Below, piece after piece: positions 9,898 through 19,900 of a DNA stretch of 64,000 nucleotides. The DNA is from Planctomycetota bacterium (GTDB lineage: Bacteria; Planctomycetota; UBA8108; SXIK01). Every line of letters starts with the position of its first letter. Positions within the stretch are counted from its first letter, which is position 1. The DNA is taken from NCBI GenBank assembly GCA_965223845.1, contig CBDCXR010000004.1:7040001-7104000 (forward strand), given 5' to 3'. The position numbers and the translations under genes were made by a program. Under the pieces are notes generated by a model. It saw only the letters and a program-made list of their open reading frames with translations, ran no database searches and was not told where the DNA came from.

Positions 9898-11508
9898 TCA
9901 GTTCGCGCGGCGGCGCGGTGTGAGTGCGTCCGGCGGTCGCTGTCTTTCGACCGCGATGAGATCGTAGCCGTCGGTGCCGACGATCTCGACGGTCGCGAAC
10001 CGTCCGATCGAGTCTTCGGGTCGCTTGGCCTCCCAGCTCGGGATTCCCAGGATACCGTCGAGGCCAGGTGGGGGCCCGTCTTCCCGTGAGACCGGCGGCT
10101 CGATCGCGATGATCGGGTCGATCTCCGGCGCTTCGCCCGCGCTGCGGGAGCTGAGAACGCAGCGTCCCTCCGCGCTCCGATCGGGATCGACCCCGTCGAC
10201 GATCACCCTGACCGACTCGCCGACGCGCCCTGCGTTCTGGCGAAAGGCGTTCTCCTGCTGGACGAGCATCAACTCTTCGCGTCGCGACTCGCGGACGTCT
10301 TCCGGCACGGAGTCTGAAAACTCGGCTGACGGAGTACCTTCTTCCTCCGAGTACGTGAAGACTCCGACGCGCTCGAAGCCGAAGTCGCGAACGAAGTCGC
10401 GGAGCGTCACAAACTCTCTCTCGTCCTCTCCGGGAAACCCGACGATGAACGTCGTCCGAAGGAAAATGCCGGGGACACGCTCGCGCAGCCGATCGAGCAG
10501 GCGCCGCGTCTTCAGCTCCGTGAAGCGCCGTCCCATGTGTCGAAGAGTTCGCTCAGCGATGTGCTGAAGGGGCATGTCGAGATACTTCACGACCTTGTCG
10601 ATGCGGGCGATCGCATCGATCATTTCGTTCGTGAGGAACGCCGGGTACGCGTAGAGGATCCGGATCCACTCGACGCCTTCGATTCCAGCGAGTCGCTCGA
10701 GCAGCTCGGCGAGTGCGTAGCGGCCGTCGAGATCGGCGCCGTACGACGTCGTATCCTGAGCGACGAGTACGATCTCCTTGACGCCGGTCGACACGAGCTC
10801 GCGGACTTCGCGTTCGAGCGCGGGAATCGGCTTCGATCGAAAGCCGCCCCGAATCGCGGGGATCGAGCAGAACGTGCAGGGGTTGTCGCAGCCTTCGGAG
10901 ATCTTCACGTAGGCGTAGTGCCGTGGGGTGAGGCGGAATCGCCCGACCTCTTCGCTGCACGGCTCGTCCTGCGGTCGGACGCGGACGAAGGGCTCGGCTC
11001 GTTCCGGCGCTGCCGCGCCGTTCGTCGAAGTCGGTGAGCGACAGAGATCGCGCAGCGTAGATCCGATGTCGGAGTACTGTCCGAGACCGATGATCGCATC
11101 GACTTCCGGGAGATCTCGCCGGATGTCGTCGGGGTACCGCTGTCCGAGACAGCCCGTGACGACGACCTTCGGTCCGCCCGAAGCCTCCTTCCGCCCGCAG
11201 GCTTCGAGGATCGCGTCGATCGATTCCTCCTTCGCGCGATCGATGAAGCCGCAGGTGTTCACGACGATGACATCTGCGTCTTCCGGCGATGCCGTGATCG
11301 CGTGGCCGTCGGCGCCGAGGTTTCCGAGGATCACCTCCGAGTCGACGAGGTTCTTCGGGCAGCCGAGGCTGACGAGGTTGACGCGCAGCGGGTCATCGTT
11401 CGCGCGTCGGTCGGTCGCGAGCGCCTCGGCCTCGCGACTGGAGGCGGGCTCACTCGTTCGGTTCTTCGTCGTACTCGCGGTCGTCTTCCGCGACGGATCC
11501 GTCGTCAT
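9898..11508 (-). CDS. rimO: ribosomal protein S12 methylthiotransferase
   Basis: VSLGCPKNLVDSE, VNTCGFI, radical-SAM CDNPCTFC, C-terminal TRAM with APEID. Confidence 0.95.
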   Translation of the reverse strand: MTTDPSRKTTASTTKNRTSEPASSREAEALATDRRANDDPLRVNLVSLGCPKNLVDSEVILGNLGADGHAITASPEDADVIVVNTCGFIDRAKEESIDAILEACGRKEASGGPKVVVTGCLGQRYPDDIRRDLPEVDAIIGLGQYSDIGSTLRDLCRSPTSTNGAAAPERAEPFVRVRPQDEPCSEEVGRFRLTPRHYAYVKISEGCDNPCTFCSIPAIRGGFRSKPIPALEREVRELVSTGVKEIVLVAQDTTSYGADLDGRYALAELLERLAGIEGVEWIRILYAYPAFLTNEMIDAIARIDKVVKYLDMPLQHIAERTLRHMGRRFTELKTRRLLDRLRERVPGIFLRTTFIVGFPGEDEREFVTLRDFVRDFGFERVGVFTYSEEEGTPSAEFSDSVPEDVRESRREELMLVQQENAFRQNAGRVGESVRVIVDGVDPDRSAEGRCVLSSRSAGEAPEIDPIIAIEPPVSREDGPPPGLDGILGIPSWEAKRPEDSIGRFATVEIVGTDGYDLIAVERQRPPDALTPRRRAN

Positions 11509-14176
11509 CGGTGTCGCCGGCGTCCTCGGAGGCGTCGTCCTCGCCCTCCTGCGTGCGCCCGTGTCGTGCCTTCGCTTGTTCCCACTCGTCGAGAGTGTAG
11601 TAGACCTCGCGGGCCTTACTCCCCTTGAAGGGACCCACCAAGCCGCGTTCGTGCATCAGCTCCATCAAGCGCGAGGCGCGGGTGTACCCGATCTGGAGCT
11701 GCCGCTGGAGGAGGGTGACCGAGCCGCGCCGCGACTCGAGCACGATGCGAACGGCGTCCTCGAAGAGCTCGTCTTCTTCGCACGCGTCTCCGGCACCCTC
11801 GACACCGAACCGCGTCAGCTCGGCGCTGAACTGCGGTTCCGCCTGTTGAACCGCGAATTCTACCACGTCCCGAATCTCCTTGTCAGAGATAAAAGTGCCT
11901 TGGACGCGCTTCAAAGCGGAGGTGCCGGGCGGAAGGAAGAGCATGTCTCCCTTCCCGAGAAGCTTCTCGCTTCCGTTCCGATCGAGGATCGTGCGGCTGT
12001 CGACCCGAGAGGCGACGTGGAAGGAGATTCGCGACGGCATGTTGGCCTTGATGAGTCCCGTGATCACGTCGACCGACGGGCGCTGCGTCGCGAGGATCAC
12101 GTGGATCCCGACCGCGCGCGATTTCTGCGACAGGCGCGTGATCGACGACTCGACTTCCTTCGACGCGGTCATCATGAGATCGGCGAGCTCATCGATGATC
12201 ACGACGATGAACGGGAGGCGTTCCGGCACCTGCTCGAGCTCGTCGGGAGAGAGTTTCTCCTTCATGCGTTCGTGGAGCTTCTCGCGGCCGAGAGAGTTGT
12301 AGCCGCTCAGGTGCCGCACGCCGGCGCCGGCGAGCAGCTCGTAGCGCTCCTCCATTTTGTCGACGAGCCAACCGAGAACGGACGGTGCCTTCTTCATGTC
12401 GGTGACGACGGGCGCGAGGAGGTGCGGGATGTTCTCGAATTGCGCGAGTTCGACCATCTTCGGATCGACGAGGATGAGCTTCACCTCGTCGGGGCTTCGC
12501 GTCATCAGGAGACTGATGATGACCGAGTTGATCGCGACAGATTTTCCCGAGCCGGTCGAGCCCGCGATGAGGAGATGGGGCATTTCGCCGAGGTCGCCGA
12601 TTTCGGCGTTTCCCGCGACGTCCTTTCCGAGCGCGAGCGGTAGCTTGAACTCTTCTTCGCGAATCTCGGGGCTCTCGAGCAACTCGCGGAGGCCCACGGT
12701 GCTGCGGCGCTTGTTCGGCACTTCGATGCCGACCGTCGACTTCCCGGGAATCGGCGCGACGATGCGCACACTCGGGGCTTTGAGCGCCATCGCGAGGTCG
12801 TCGGAGAGGTTGACGATCTTGTTCACCTTGATCCCGGCGGCGAGCGTGATCTCGTACTGAGTGATCGTCGGTCCTTTTTGCACCTCGACGACGCGGGCTT
12901 CGATCTTGAAGTGCCGCAGCGTTTCTTCGATCTTCGCCGCGATCTGTTCGAGGTGTGGGCGATCGAGATCATCCCCCGACGACTTGACGTCGTTCAGAAG
13001 GTCGAGAGGCGGAAGGCGGTAGGGGCCCGCTTGCCGCGGCCGGGGCGGCGGCTTCGCGGGGCGAGGCTGCGGAGCGGCCGCACGGATAACGAGCGGGGGG
13101 CGGTTGCCCTTCTTCTCCTCGTCGTTCGCGCTATCCTCCGCCTCTTCCTCGCCTTCTTCGTCTTCGTCCTCCGCCTCTTCCTCGTCTTCCTCGTCTTCGT
13201 AGACGTACTCGTACTCGTCGTCCTCGTCGCCGTCGTCCTCCTCGTCTTCGTAGACGTACTCGTACTCGTCGTCCTCGTCGCCGTCGCCCTCTTCGTCTTC
13301 GTAGACGTACTCGTACTCGTACTCGTCGTCCTCGATCCTGTCTTCGTCCTCGATCGTTTCGACGGCGGGCTCGTTCTCGTCCTTGGCGGGAGATTTCGAC
13401 TTCGATCGTGCGCCCGACTTCGCCACCGACTTTCCCGTCTTCGCCTCTTTCTTCTTCTCGTCGTTCTTCTTCTTCGTGCTCGTGCGTTTCGTTCCCCGAG
13501 TCGTCGCCGCGTTCTCGCCGACGATAACGCTCTTTCGGGGGAACTCGGGCCAGCGCACTCGCGGCACTCGAAGCCGCGATGCGGTCGATTTCATCTTCTC
13601 GCCCGCGGACTCCCAACGGCCGCGATCGAGGGCTGCCGCCCCCGCGCGCTGAAACACCGGGTAGAGGAGCGTGTCCGTCGAGATGACGAACGCGACGAGC
13701 ATCACGAAGGCGAGCAAGAGGTATCCGCCGACCGCGGACAATTGACCCAGCAGAAACTGGTGGATGAACTGCCCGTAGTAACCGCCGGGAAGCGTGCTCA
13801 GGCGCGGATCATCGTTGTAGATCGCGACTTCAAGAGCCGACAACGCGAGCGCCATCAACGCGACGCCGCAGAGTTTCCAGCCCCAATCGTCGATCGACCG
13901 GCGAAAGAGCGCTGCGGCGCCGACGAGGGCGATGCACGTCGAAAGGCCGAGCGCGGAGAGCTTCCCCACCCAGGCGATGAAATGAAAGCTGATGAACGCG
14001 CCGACCGGTCCGCACGCATTGTGCGTAGGCGAGGCGAGCCCCGGGGCGAGATAGTCCTCGGGCGCGTGCGTGAGGAGACAAATCCACAGAAACGCGGCGA
14101 GCGCGAGGAGGCAGAACGCGAGGATCTCGCGACGGGAGTCTTGTTGCATCTTCGGTCGAGTTCCCTCTGACACCAA
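11450..14176 (-). CDS. ftsK: DNA translocase FtsK
   Basis: N-terminal 4TM domain, Walker A GSTGSGKS, IIDELADLM, ATQRPSVDVITGLIK, gamma domain LQRQLQIGYTRASRL. Confidence 0.97.
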   Translation of the reverse strand: MVSEGTRPKMQQDSRREILAFCLLALAAFLWICLLTHAPEDYLAPGLASPTHNACGPVGAFISFHFIAWVGKLSALGLSTCIALVGAAALFRRSIDDWGWKLCGVALMALALSALEVAIYNDDPRLSTLPGGYYGQFIHQFLLGQLSAVGGYLLLAFVMLVAFVISTDTLLYPVFQRAGAAALDRGRWESAGEKMKSTASRLRVPRVRWPEFPRKSVIVGENAATTRGTKRTSTKKKNDEKKKEAKTGKSVAKSGARSKSKSPAKDENEPAVETIEDEDRIEDDEYEYEYVYEDEEGDGDEDDEYEYVYEDEEDDGDEDDEYEYVYEDEEDEEEAEDEDEEGEEEAEDSANDEEKKGNRPPLVIRAAAPQPRPAKPPPRPRQAGPYRLPPLDLLNDVKSSGDDLDRPHLEQIAAKIEETLRHFKIEARVVEVQKGPTITQYEITLAAGIKVNKIVNLSDDLAMALKAPSVRIVAPIPGKSTVGIEVPNKRRSTVGLRELLESPEIREEEFKLPLALGKDVAGNAEIGDLGEMPHLLIAGSTGSGKSVAINSVIISLLMTRSPDEVKLILVDPKMVELAQFENIPHLLAPVVTDMKKAPSVLGWLVDKMEERYELLAGAGVRHLSGYNSLGREKLHERMKEKLSPDELEQVPERLPFIVVIIDELADLMMTASKEVESSITRLSQKSRAVGIHVILATQRPSVDVITGLIKANMPSRISFHVASRVDSRTILDRNGSEKLLGKGDMLFLPPGTSALKRVQGTFISDKEIRDVVEFAVQQAEPQFSAELTRFGVEGAGDACEEDELFEDAVRIVLESRRGSVTLLQRQLQIGYTRASRLMELMHERGLVGPFKGSKAREVYYTLDEWEQAKARHGRTQEGEDDASEDAGDTDDDGSVAEDDREYDEEPNE
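13191..13331 (-). repeat. tandem repeat, ~3 x 51 bp, encoding (D)EYEYVYEDEE(G/D)DGDED within FtsK
   Basis: TAGACGTACTCGTACTCGT recurs at 13200, 13251 and 13302 (period 51). Confidence 0.9.
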
Positions 14177-14314
14177 CGAGCGGGATTTCGCGGGCCCGTT
14201 TTTGGCGCGCGTTCCGAGCGCGTTCGGGCGAACGTCCCGCCGAGCCGGGCGCTGCCGGCATATCGGTTATCGGCAGTTCCGCGGTTCGCCTTGAGCGCCA
14301 AGCCGGGCGGCCGT

Positions 14315-14959
14315 TCAGCGATCGCGGAGGAGGGTCGCGACGCGGTCGAGGAGCCTAGAGGCGAGCTCGATCTTCGTGAGCCGGCCGAGTTCCTCTCGCG
14401 ATCCGTCGGCGCCGAGGAGCAGGTATCGACTCGCGTCGGCGCCGATCGCTCCCGGTGGGTTGGCGACGATGAGGTCGAGTTCCTTCGCCCGGAGCTTCCG
14501 CCGCGCGTTTTGTTCGAGATCGGTGCTCTCGAGCGCGAAGCCGACGTGGATGCGGGGCCCCTTCGATTTCGCGAGCGCGCCGAGAATGTCCTCCGTCGGC
14601 TCGAGCTCGAGCTGCCACCGGGTGCCGCTCTTTCGTTTGTCGCGCTCCACCCGCAGCGGCCGGAAGTCCGCTACTGCGGCCGCGCCGATGACGACGTCGG
14701 ATTCCGGGTGAAGCTCTCGACAACGATCGAGCATCTCCCTCGTCGTCGTGACGCCGTGCGATTCGGCGCCCCCCGGGATCTCGCCCTCGATGGGGCCGTG
14801 GACGAAGAGGACGCGCCAGCCTCGTTCGATCGCGGCGTCCGCGATGGCGATCCCTTGTCGTCCCGTCGACGCGTTCGAGAGGTATCGCACCGGATCGAGC
14901 GGCTCTCGAGTTGCGCCGGCAGTGAGAAGGAGAGTCGGCTTCCCGTCTCGTTCGGTCAC
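14315..14959 (-). CDS. coaB: phosphopantothenate--cysteine ligase (CoaB half)
   Basis: LTAGATREPLDPVRYLSNASTGRQG, AAAVADF, VGFALES, DLIVAN. Confidence 0.9.
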   Translation of the reverse strand: MTERDGKPTLLLTAGATREPLDPVRYLSNASTGRQGIAIADAAIERGWRVLFVHGPIEGEIPGGAESHGVTTTREMLDRCRELHPESDVVIGAAAVADFRPLRVERDKRKSGTRWQLELEPTEDILGALAKSKGPRIHVGFALESTDLEQNARRKLRAKELDLIVANPPGAIGADASRYLLLGADGSREELGRLTKIELASRLLDRVATLLRDR

Positions 14960-14998
14960 GACAGTGTTGCCGGGATCAAGTCGAGCCGCCGCCGTCGA

Positions 14999-15553
14999 TC
15001 ACGCATCGGAGCCGTCCGTCGCCGCGACCGCGCGATCGATGGCCGCGATCAGCGTGTCCGTATCCGCGAGCCGCCCCGGGCCGTACGCGCCGCACGCGAG
15101 GTGGCCGCTCGCCGGCTCGACAATACGGTAGTTCACGCGGCGAAGTCGGTCGAGATTCTCGGCGACGATCGGATGGTTCCACATCCGGTCGTTCATCGAC
15201 GGGGCGATGACGATCGGCGCGGTGCTCGCGAGGATCGTCGCGGTGAGAAGCTCGTCGCCGAAGCCCCCCGACAGCTTGGCGATGATGTCCGCGGTCGCCG
15301 GTGCGACGACGATCACGTCCGCCCATTCCGGAAGCGAAATGTGAACGGGGCGATGTTCTGCGTCGACGTCGAAGCCGCCCGTGTACGCCGGTTGCTGCGT
15401 GACCGCTTGAAACGTCAGCGGCCCGATGAACTCGCACGCGTGGGCGGTGAGGATCGTCCGCACCTCATCGCCGCGCTGCGTGAGCGTCGAGGCGAGTTCC
15501 GCGCTCTTGTACGCCGCGACGCCGGCGGCCACTCCGAGGACGATGCGAGCCAT
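14999..15553 (-). CDS. coaC: phosphopantothenoylcysteine decarboxylase (CoaC half, flavoprotein)
   Basis: MARIVLGVAAGVAAYK, HISL..WAD..APATA, APSMN..MW, LACG..GPGRL; start revised to ATG 15553. Confidence 0.9.
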   Translation of the reverse strand: MARIVLGVAAGVAAYKSAELASTLTQRGDEVRTILTAHACEFIGPLTFQAVTQQPAYTGGFDVDAEHRPVHISLPEWADVIVVAPATADIIAKLSGGFGDELLTATILASTAPIVIAPSMNDRMWNHPIVAENLDRLRRVNYRIVEPASGHLACGAYGPGRLADTDTLIAAIDRAVAATDGSDA

Positions 15554-15617
15554 GACGGTACACCACCTCCCGCAGTACCGGGAGACCGGACGGGTCGACC
15601 TCCCGCCCGCGGATCGG

Positions 15618-16007
15618 CTACTTCTTCGGATTGAGGAGCTGGGCGAGCTCCTTGATCCGCTGCTCCTTGATCTTCTTGATATCGGAGCCGTAGATTTCGC
15701 CGGCCGCCCCCTCTTCCGGTTCCTCCGGCGCGGGCTCGGTCGGTTCGACGATCGCCGTCGGCGGGGTGGATGCAACCTCGGCCGCGACGGGCGCCTCGAT
15801 CTCATCGCGCTCGACCAACTCGATCTTACCTTCCATGATCTCGTTGCACGCGATTCGGCGGAGATCGCCGTCGAGTTCGTCTTCGATCTCGATGAGCGGC
15901 GGCGCGCCGCGATTCAGCTCCACCATGCGCTTCTGAAGCAAGGACGCGAGAGCGAACTTCCCGCCCGCCTTCTCTACGAGAGCCTCTTCGAAGTCGATAT
16001 CGAGCAT
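15618..16007 (-). CDS. rpoZ: RNA polymerase omega subunit with acidic C-terminal extension
   Basis: GGKFALASLLQKRMVELNRGAPPL..IACNEIMEGKI; lies in the gmk-rpoZ-coaC order. Confidence 0.85.
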   Translation of the reverse strand: MLDIDFEEALVEKAGGKFALASLLQKRMVELNRGAPPLIEIEDELDGDLRRIACNEIMEGKIELVERDEIEAPVAAEVASTPPTAIVEPTEPAPEEPEEGAAGEIYGSDIKKIKEQRIKELAQLLNPKK

Positions 16008-16247
16008 CGAGCGTGTGGCCTCCGCCTGCGTGTGACGTGTCGTGAGCGCTGAACCAACGGTAGCGACGGACCGGGACAGCGTGACCGCGCCGAGTTCACC
16101 GCGTCCGGCGCGGGTGTGAGCCCTGAACAAACGGGTTATTCTGCCTCAGTGAGCGCCCCCCCATCCACTGCCAATTCACGAAAAATCGATCATCTCGGCT
16201 CAGGGGGGCGGCCGGGTGCCCCGGCGTGTCTTCACCCTCGGGCTCTC

Positions 16248-16868
16248 CTATTCCGTTTCGGTCGAATCCCGTTCGCGCGCTGCCTCCGCGAGGTCGGCGA
16301 TGCGCCGAGCGGCCCGATCGACCACATCGTTCACGACGACGTGGTCGAAGCGGCTCTGCGCCGCGACCTCCCTCTCGGCGGCGGCGAGCCGGATGCGCAG
16401 CTGCTCCTCCGTCTCCGTGCCGCGGTCTGCGAGGCGAGCACGGAGCTCGCTCTCGCTGGGGGCGACGAGAAACACCGTGAGCGTGTCCCCGTCGAATCCG
16501 CCGCTCGCGACCGCGTCGCGGACCTGATCCGCACCCTGAACGTCGATCGCGAGGAGGACGGTTTTCCCGGCGCGGACGCGGCGCTCCACTTCCTCGCGCA
16601 GAGTCCCGTAGCGGTGGTCGTGAACGGTCGCATGCTCGAGGAATGCGTCACCCGCGAGGTTCGCTTCGAACTCGTCCGGACTCAAGAAATGGTAGTCGAC
16701 GCCGTCGGCCTCTCCCGGCCGGGGTGATCGCGTCGTGCACGTGACGACGCGATCGAACCCGTCGAGCTCGAGAAGCCGCGCGCAGACCGTCGTCTTCCCC
16801 GCCCCCGACGGACCGGAGAGGACCACGAGGAGGCCCCGTTCGCCGTCGCTACCGTTCGACTCGTTCAC
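16248..16868 (-). CDS. gmk: guanylate kinase
   Basis: SGPSGAGKT, TTRSPRPGEADGVDYHF, YGT. Confidence 0.96.
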   Translation of the reverse strand: MNESNGSDGERGLLVVLSGPSGAGKTTVCARLLELDGFDRVVTCTTRSPRPGEADGVDYHFLSPDEFEANLAGDAFLEHATVHDHRYGTLREEVERRVRAGKTVLLAIDVQGADQVRDAVASGGFDGDTLTVFLVAPSESELRARLADRGTETEEQLRIRLAAAEREVAAQSRFDHVVVNDVVDRAARRIADLAEAARERDSTETE

Positions 16869-16871
16869 CGC

Positions 16872-17762
16872 TCACTCCACGTTGAGCACTTGCTCCTTGA
16901 GACGATCGACCTCGGCCTTGAGCTCGACAACGTGACGACTGACGTCGCCGCCGAGTGACTTCGCACCCATGGTGTTCGATTCGCGAAACATCTCCTGGAC
17001 GACGAACTCGAGGCGGCGCCCGACGGGATTCGCCCCGGCGAGCAGATCGCGAAACTGCTCGAGGTGGCTCGACATGCGCGTCAGCTCCTCGGCGATGTCC
17101 GAGCGTTCGGCGACGATCGCCACCTCGCGCACGAGATCCGCGTCCGAGACGCTCACGTCGGCGTCCGCGAGGAGCTGCTGAACGCGCTCACGCAGACGCT
17201 TCGCGTGCGCGGCGAGCATCGCGGGGACTTCCTTTCGGATGACGTCGAGCAACTTCTCGAGCGCTTCGCATCGCTCCGCGAGGTCCCGGCCGAGGAAGGT
17301 TCCTTCGCGTTTCCGCATCGCGACGAGCTGCTCGAGCGCCATCTCCGTCGCCTTCGCGACGTGCGGGAGGATCTCGTCGCGCCCCACGCGTATCGTTTCG
17401 TCCGCCTGGACCACGCCGGGTAGCGTCAGGCAGTCCTTCGGGCTCGGGAGGTCGTCCTCCGCCGTGCCGAGTTCCCTCGCCGCCGCGTTCAGCTCGTCGA
17501 AGTACTTCTTGAGCACCGCCTTGTTCACCCCGTAGAGATCGGCGATCTTCGCCGGCTCTACGGTCACGTCGTACGAAACCGATCCGCGAACGAGCCGTTT
17601 TCGCACCATCTCGTCGACGTCGGGCTGGAGAAACGAGACTTCGTCTCCCAGTCGCGCCGCGATCTTGAGGAACTTGCTATTGACGCTCCGGATCTCGATC
17701 GTGATCAGGAACGCATCCGTTTCGACGACACCCCTGCCGTACCCCGTCATGCTTGTCAGCAT
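16872..17762 (-). CDS. yicC: YicC/YloC family endoribonuclease
   Basis: SMTGYGR, EIRSVN, DIAEELTR..SH, GRRLEF..QEM.RE.NT.G.K, KEQVLNVE; start revised. Confidence 0.92.
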   Translation of the reverse strand: MLTSMTGYGRGVVETDAFLITIEIRSVNSKFLKIAARLGDEVSFLQPDVDEMVRKRLVRGSVSYDVTVEPAKIADLYGVNKAVLKKYFDELNAAARELGTAEDDLPSPKDCLTLPGVVQADETIRVGRDEILPHVAKATEMALEQLVAMRKREGTFLGRDLAERCEALEKLLDVIRKEVPAMLAAHAKRLRERVQQLLADADVSVSDADLVREVAIVAERSDIAEELTRMSSHLEQFRDLLAGANPVGRRLEFVVQEMFRESNTMGAKSLGGDVSRHVVELKAEVDRLKEQVLNVE

Positions 17763-18022
17763 GGCAGTGGCCCTCGAATGCTCTACACTTGCCCCGCCTT
17801 CGCCCTCGAAAGCGGATTTGCCCAATCCGATTTGTGTCGAGCTGCGAGCTCGATCCTTTCGCGGACGCGGCAACCGAGTGAACTGTCGAAACTCGCGATC
17901 GATGCAGCCCAAATCGATCGCGAGCACTCCGTTACGCGGTAATGGATTGTGGGTAGGCGCGGCTGACGAGGACCAGCCCCTGGGGACGATTCGACGTTCA
18001 CCCCGAACCGCGCGTTCGTCAT

Positions 18023-18667
18023 TCAGTTCGATTCGTTGGGGCTCGGCGGCGTCGAGCCCGCCGCGCCGTCACTCGGGGGATCCGCCTCGCCGGGAGCGGC
18101 TGGGGCGGGCGTCGAGGAAGTCTCGGGAGCCGGCTCGGTCGTCGGAGCCGGAGCGGCATCGCCGTCGCCCGAAGTATCCGTCGGGTCGGCGATGGTCGGG
18201 CTCGCGGCGGAGTCGGCGGGGGCTCCCGGGTCAGAATCGGTGGGATTTGCCGGGGCAACATCGGTGGGAATCGCCGGCTCGGCCCCACCGGGAAACGCCG
18301 AGCCCGGATCGATCGCCGGCTTGTCGGCCTCGCTCGCTCCGGGCGCGGCGCCTGACTCGACCGCCGTCGTGTCTTCATCCGACTCCGCCGCCGATCGGGA
18401 TCGACCCATGTTCTCCATCGCACCCATCGCGTACACGCAGACCGTAAAGACGATCGCGAGGATGGCGGTGATCTTCGCGAGCCCGCGCTGCATTCCGGCG
18501 CCGAACACGTTCGACCCGCCCCCTCCGAACGCGCCGCCGAGTCCGCCGTCCTTCGATTCCTGAACGAGAATGATCGCGATCAGAAGAAGTCCGACGAACA
18601 TCACGACGACCGAGAGAAGGCCCCAGAGGATGTCGACGAAGGACACGGCCAAGAACGTACTGAACAT
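18023..18667 (-). CDS. secG: preprotein translocase subunit SecG with long low-complexity tail
   Basis: ILVQESKDGGLGGAFGGGGSNVFG..LAKITAIL; directly downstream of tpiA. Confidence 0.9.
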   Translation of the reverse strand: MFSTFLAVSFVDILWGLLSVVVMFVGLLLIAIILVQESKDGGLGGAFGGGGSNVFGAGMQRGLAKITAILAIVFTVCVYAMGAMENMGRSRSAAESDEDTTAVESGAAPGASEADKPAIDPGSAFPGGAEPAIPTDVAPANPTDSDPGAPADSAASPTIADPTDTSGDGDAAPAPTTEPAPETSSTPAPAAPGEADPPSDGAAGSTPPSPNESN

Positions 18668-18874
18668 CGCGAGAGAGTCTCCGGCTGACAGAAGTCGCTG
18701 CGCCCGTGGTCGGCGACCACTCGGGAAACCCGATTATCGGTCCGAGGCGGTCCGGGCGGCGACAAAAATGGTGGGGGAGTCGGCTTGAGGGGGTGGATTT
18801 CGCGCCGAGCCCGATTCGGCTTTCGGCCGAAGTCCGTTCTCAGCAGGTGCCTCGGGGGTCAAGAAACGGTCGAT

Positions 18875-19666
18875 CTAACGAGCGGCCTCGCAAATCTTCA
18901 CGAACGACTCGGCGGTGAGGCTGGCGCCCCCGACGAGGAGTCCGTCAATATCATCTTCGGCCAAAAGCGCGCCGGCGTTCTCCGGTTTGACGCTCCCGCC
19001 GTAGAGAATCGGCGTCCGTTCCGCGCCGCCGCTCCCGCCGGCGGCCGCGAAGCGGTCGGCGAGCTCGGCGCGAATCGCGCGGTGGACCTCCTGCCCTTGG
19101 TCGGGAGTCGCGGTCTCGCCTGTCCCGATCGCCCAGACCGGCTCGTACGCGATCGTGACCCGCGCGAGAGCGTCCGCGGTGGCCACCGGCTCGAGGCCCG
19201 CGCGAAGTTGACGCGAAACTACCGCCATCGTCTCGCCGGCGCTTCGCTCCGCGAGTTTTTCGCCGACGCAGAGGACGGGCTCGAGTCCGGCGGCGATGGC
19301 CCGCGCGACCTTGCGCCCCGTCTCTTCGTCGCTCTCTCCGAACACGTGACGCCGCTCGGAGTGGCCGATGAGAACCGCGGTCGCGCCGGCGCCGGTGATC
19401 ATCGCAGCGCTGATCGCGCCGGTGTAGGCACCCGCCTCCTCCCAGTGGAGGTCCTGCGCTCCGACGAGCACCGCTGAGCTCGCGCACGTCTCGACGACGG
19501 CTGCGAGCGCGACGTAGTTCGGAAACAACCCGACGCGCAGCCCTGCTTCCGGCGAAAGCTCGAGAGCGCCCGCGATGTCCGCCGCGAGCGTGCGAGCCTC
19601 CGACGGAGTCTTGTGCATCTTCCAGTTTCCGGCGATGAAAGGCCGGCGAGCGGTCGAGTTGCTCAT
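18875..19666 (-). CDS. tpiA: triose-phosphate isomerase
   Basis: AGNWKM, IGHSERR, AYEPVWAIGTG, LYGGSVK, LVGGASL; start revised to 19666. Confidence 0.98.
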   Translation of the reverse strand: MSNSTARRPFIAGNWKMHKTPSEARTLAADIAGALELSPEAGLRVGLFPNYVALAAVVETCASSAVLVGAQDLHWEEAGAYTGAISAAMITGAGATAVLIGHSERRHVFGESDEETGRKVARAIAAGLEPVLCVGEKLAERSAGETMAVVSRQLRAGLEPVATADALARVTIAYEPVWAIGTGETATPDQGQEVHRAIRAELADRFAAAGGSGGAERTPILYGGSVKPENAGALLAEDDIDGLLVGGASLTAESFVKICEAAR

Positions 19667-19730
19667 GGTGGAAATCCCCGATGAGACGTTGAGCGCGAAG
19701 CGGGCGCCGCCGCGCGAGACAGAACGGACG

Positions 19731-19759
19731 ACTCTACCGAGGGGCGTCGGGGTCGTCAA
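19731..19759 (-). promoter_or_regulatory. sigma-70-type promoter for tpiA-secG
   Basis: TTGACG-N17-TAGAGT on the minus strand. Confidence 0.6.
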
Positions 19760-19900
19760 CCGCTCGCGACGATCCGGCCCTCCGGTCCGCGACCGATCGT
19801 GTTCGACCCGACCGCGCCGCGAGAGCCGGTCCTTCTTTTGGAGCGTTCGGGTAGCATCGAGCGCGATGTCCTAGCCAACTGCCCCCGTCTTTTCCCGCTC

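Noticed and set aside
13191-13331. 51-bp repeat as a CRISPR array
   Set aside because: It is an in-frame tandem repeat within ftsK with no unique spacers and no cas genes.
18765-18850. tRNA-like 3' end (TGGTGGGGAG) between tpiA and secG
   Set aside because: No T-loop (GTTCRA) at the right spacing and no cloverleaf.
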